64,000 nt of DNA from Macrostomum lignano (Eukaryota): positions 1 to 64,000 of the forward strand of contig NIVC01003025.1 of NCBI GenBank assembly GCA_002269645.1. Reading direction: 5' to 3'. Below, piece by piece: positions 63,009 to 64,000 of this stretch; position 1 is the first letter of the stretch, and every line of letters starts with the position of its first letter. The notes under the pieces were generated by a model. That model saw nothing but the letters and a program-made list of their open reading frames with translations, searched no databases and had not been told where the DNA came from. The position numbers and the translations under genes were made by a program.

Positions 63009-63867
63009 CACACTTTTATTGGACAGAAGCCGATTCAAAAACAGACAGATGTCCTTCTAAAGCAGACACAATATTTTGTATTTCGCAGGATACGACTGAC
63101 TACTGTAACAACTTGGCTTTACGATTGCACTAGCCGAAAACCCTTATTTTTTAATCTCTTACTGTGGCGACTTGTATATTTGACAACAATATTGAATTGA
63201 TAGAAAAGGTACTAAAACGCGAAATAGCAATTGTACATGCATGCAACATGTGTAAGCGACAGTGTACGCACCAACGAATTTACAGAGGAGATAAAATAGC
63301 TAGAGCAGCACAACCCCTAACACAGACACGAAACAACCAGCACCAACACCCTGGACACACGCGACACCCGCCACACGCTACCACAACTACTCGTACCCGT
63401 ACTCGCAACTAGATTTCCGTTGCAAAGGATGCTCTTGCACCACGTCAAAAAGCTCTTCATATCTATTAAAACGGCACTAGCTACTTTATCAAAAAATTCA
63501 GGATGCATTAAAACCCTCTAATGGGTTCTAATAAAAAGGTTCTTTTAAGATCTCTTATCTTGGAGACCACAGTTTGCATTCATGTAGTCAGTTAGGCCAG
63601 TATTGTAACAGGAGACGTTTATTAATCCATAAAAGATTCAATCGGATCTTCCTCCAGGACCAAAGCCGACCTTGAAAATAAATCACAAACAAGGACATAC
63701 GACAGCGATTTTTAGCTAAATCCGGTAGAATAGCCAGTCAACAGGGCAGTATGTTGACAAATCCAGATTCAAATTAAAAAAACACAGCGATTGGATAACA
63801 AAATCGGTAAATTCATATTTAAATCAAACAGCAGCTGTGTCAGTAATACCAACCGAGAATCACACTG

Positions 63868-64000
63868 ATGGAACTCGCAGCCAATTCGACCCTGAACGGC
63901 AACTCAAATGCCTCGGACACCTCATCGTTGCAGAAGCTACAGCTGATTAGTGCCTTCGCTACAAAAATAGCCGGGCGTGAACAGCGTACAGTTGGTGGCC
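63868..64000 (+). pseudogene. 5' end of a paralog of the 57199 GPCR, apparently frameshifted; runs off the window
   Basis: gtgaacagcgtacagttggtggcc is identical to 57288-57311 but is out of frame with the ATG at 63868. Confidence 0.6.

Overview
Eukaryotic (animal) genomic DNA with spliced genes and no prokaryotic features. Satellite-filled introns and GC-rich exons in an AT-rich background resemble a free-living flatworm such as Macrostomum (inference only). Four co-oriented minus-strand host genes are supported: a single-exon 4x CCHC zinc-knuckle protein with a mitochondrial-presequence-like N-terminus (44340-44768), CEP19 (4 exons, 36657-43544), RAD17 (4 exons, 32141-34227) and a Mn-CDF/MTP-type cation efflux transporter (4 exons, 4429-30095). 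Two 7TM GPCR genes and the frameshifted start of a GPCR paralog lie on the plus strand. The main structure is in CDF intron 1, where a 27-bp satellite is split by a 14.4-kb CCC...GGG TIR element (TSD TC). That element holds an RTE-like LINE (12-bp TSD, GAA tail). The LINE is split inside a zinc finger by a 6.6-kb CACTG...CAGTG CMC/EnSpm transposon (TSD CA) encoding a transposase and an accessory protein with a CIDE-N-like N-terminus. Removing the inner transposon restores an open LINE ORF of about 1338 aa. The rest of the window holds at least eight satellite or minisatellite arrays and decayed Helitron, hAT, Tc1, mariner, DIRS-like and LINE remnants, a solo LTR and MITEs. All protein family calls come from motif recognition by eye, not database searches.
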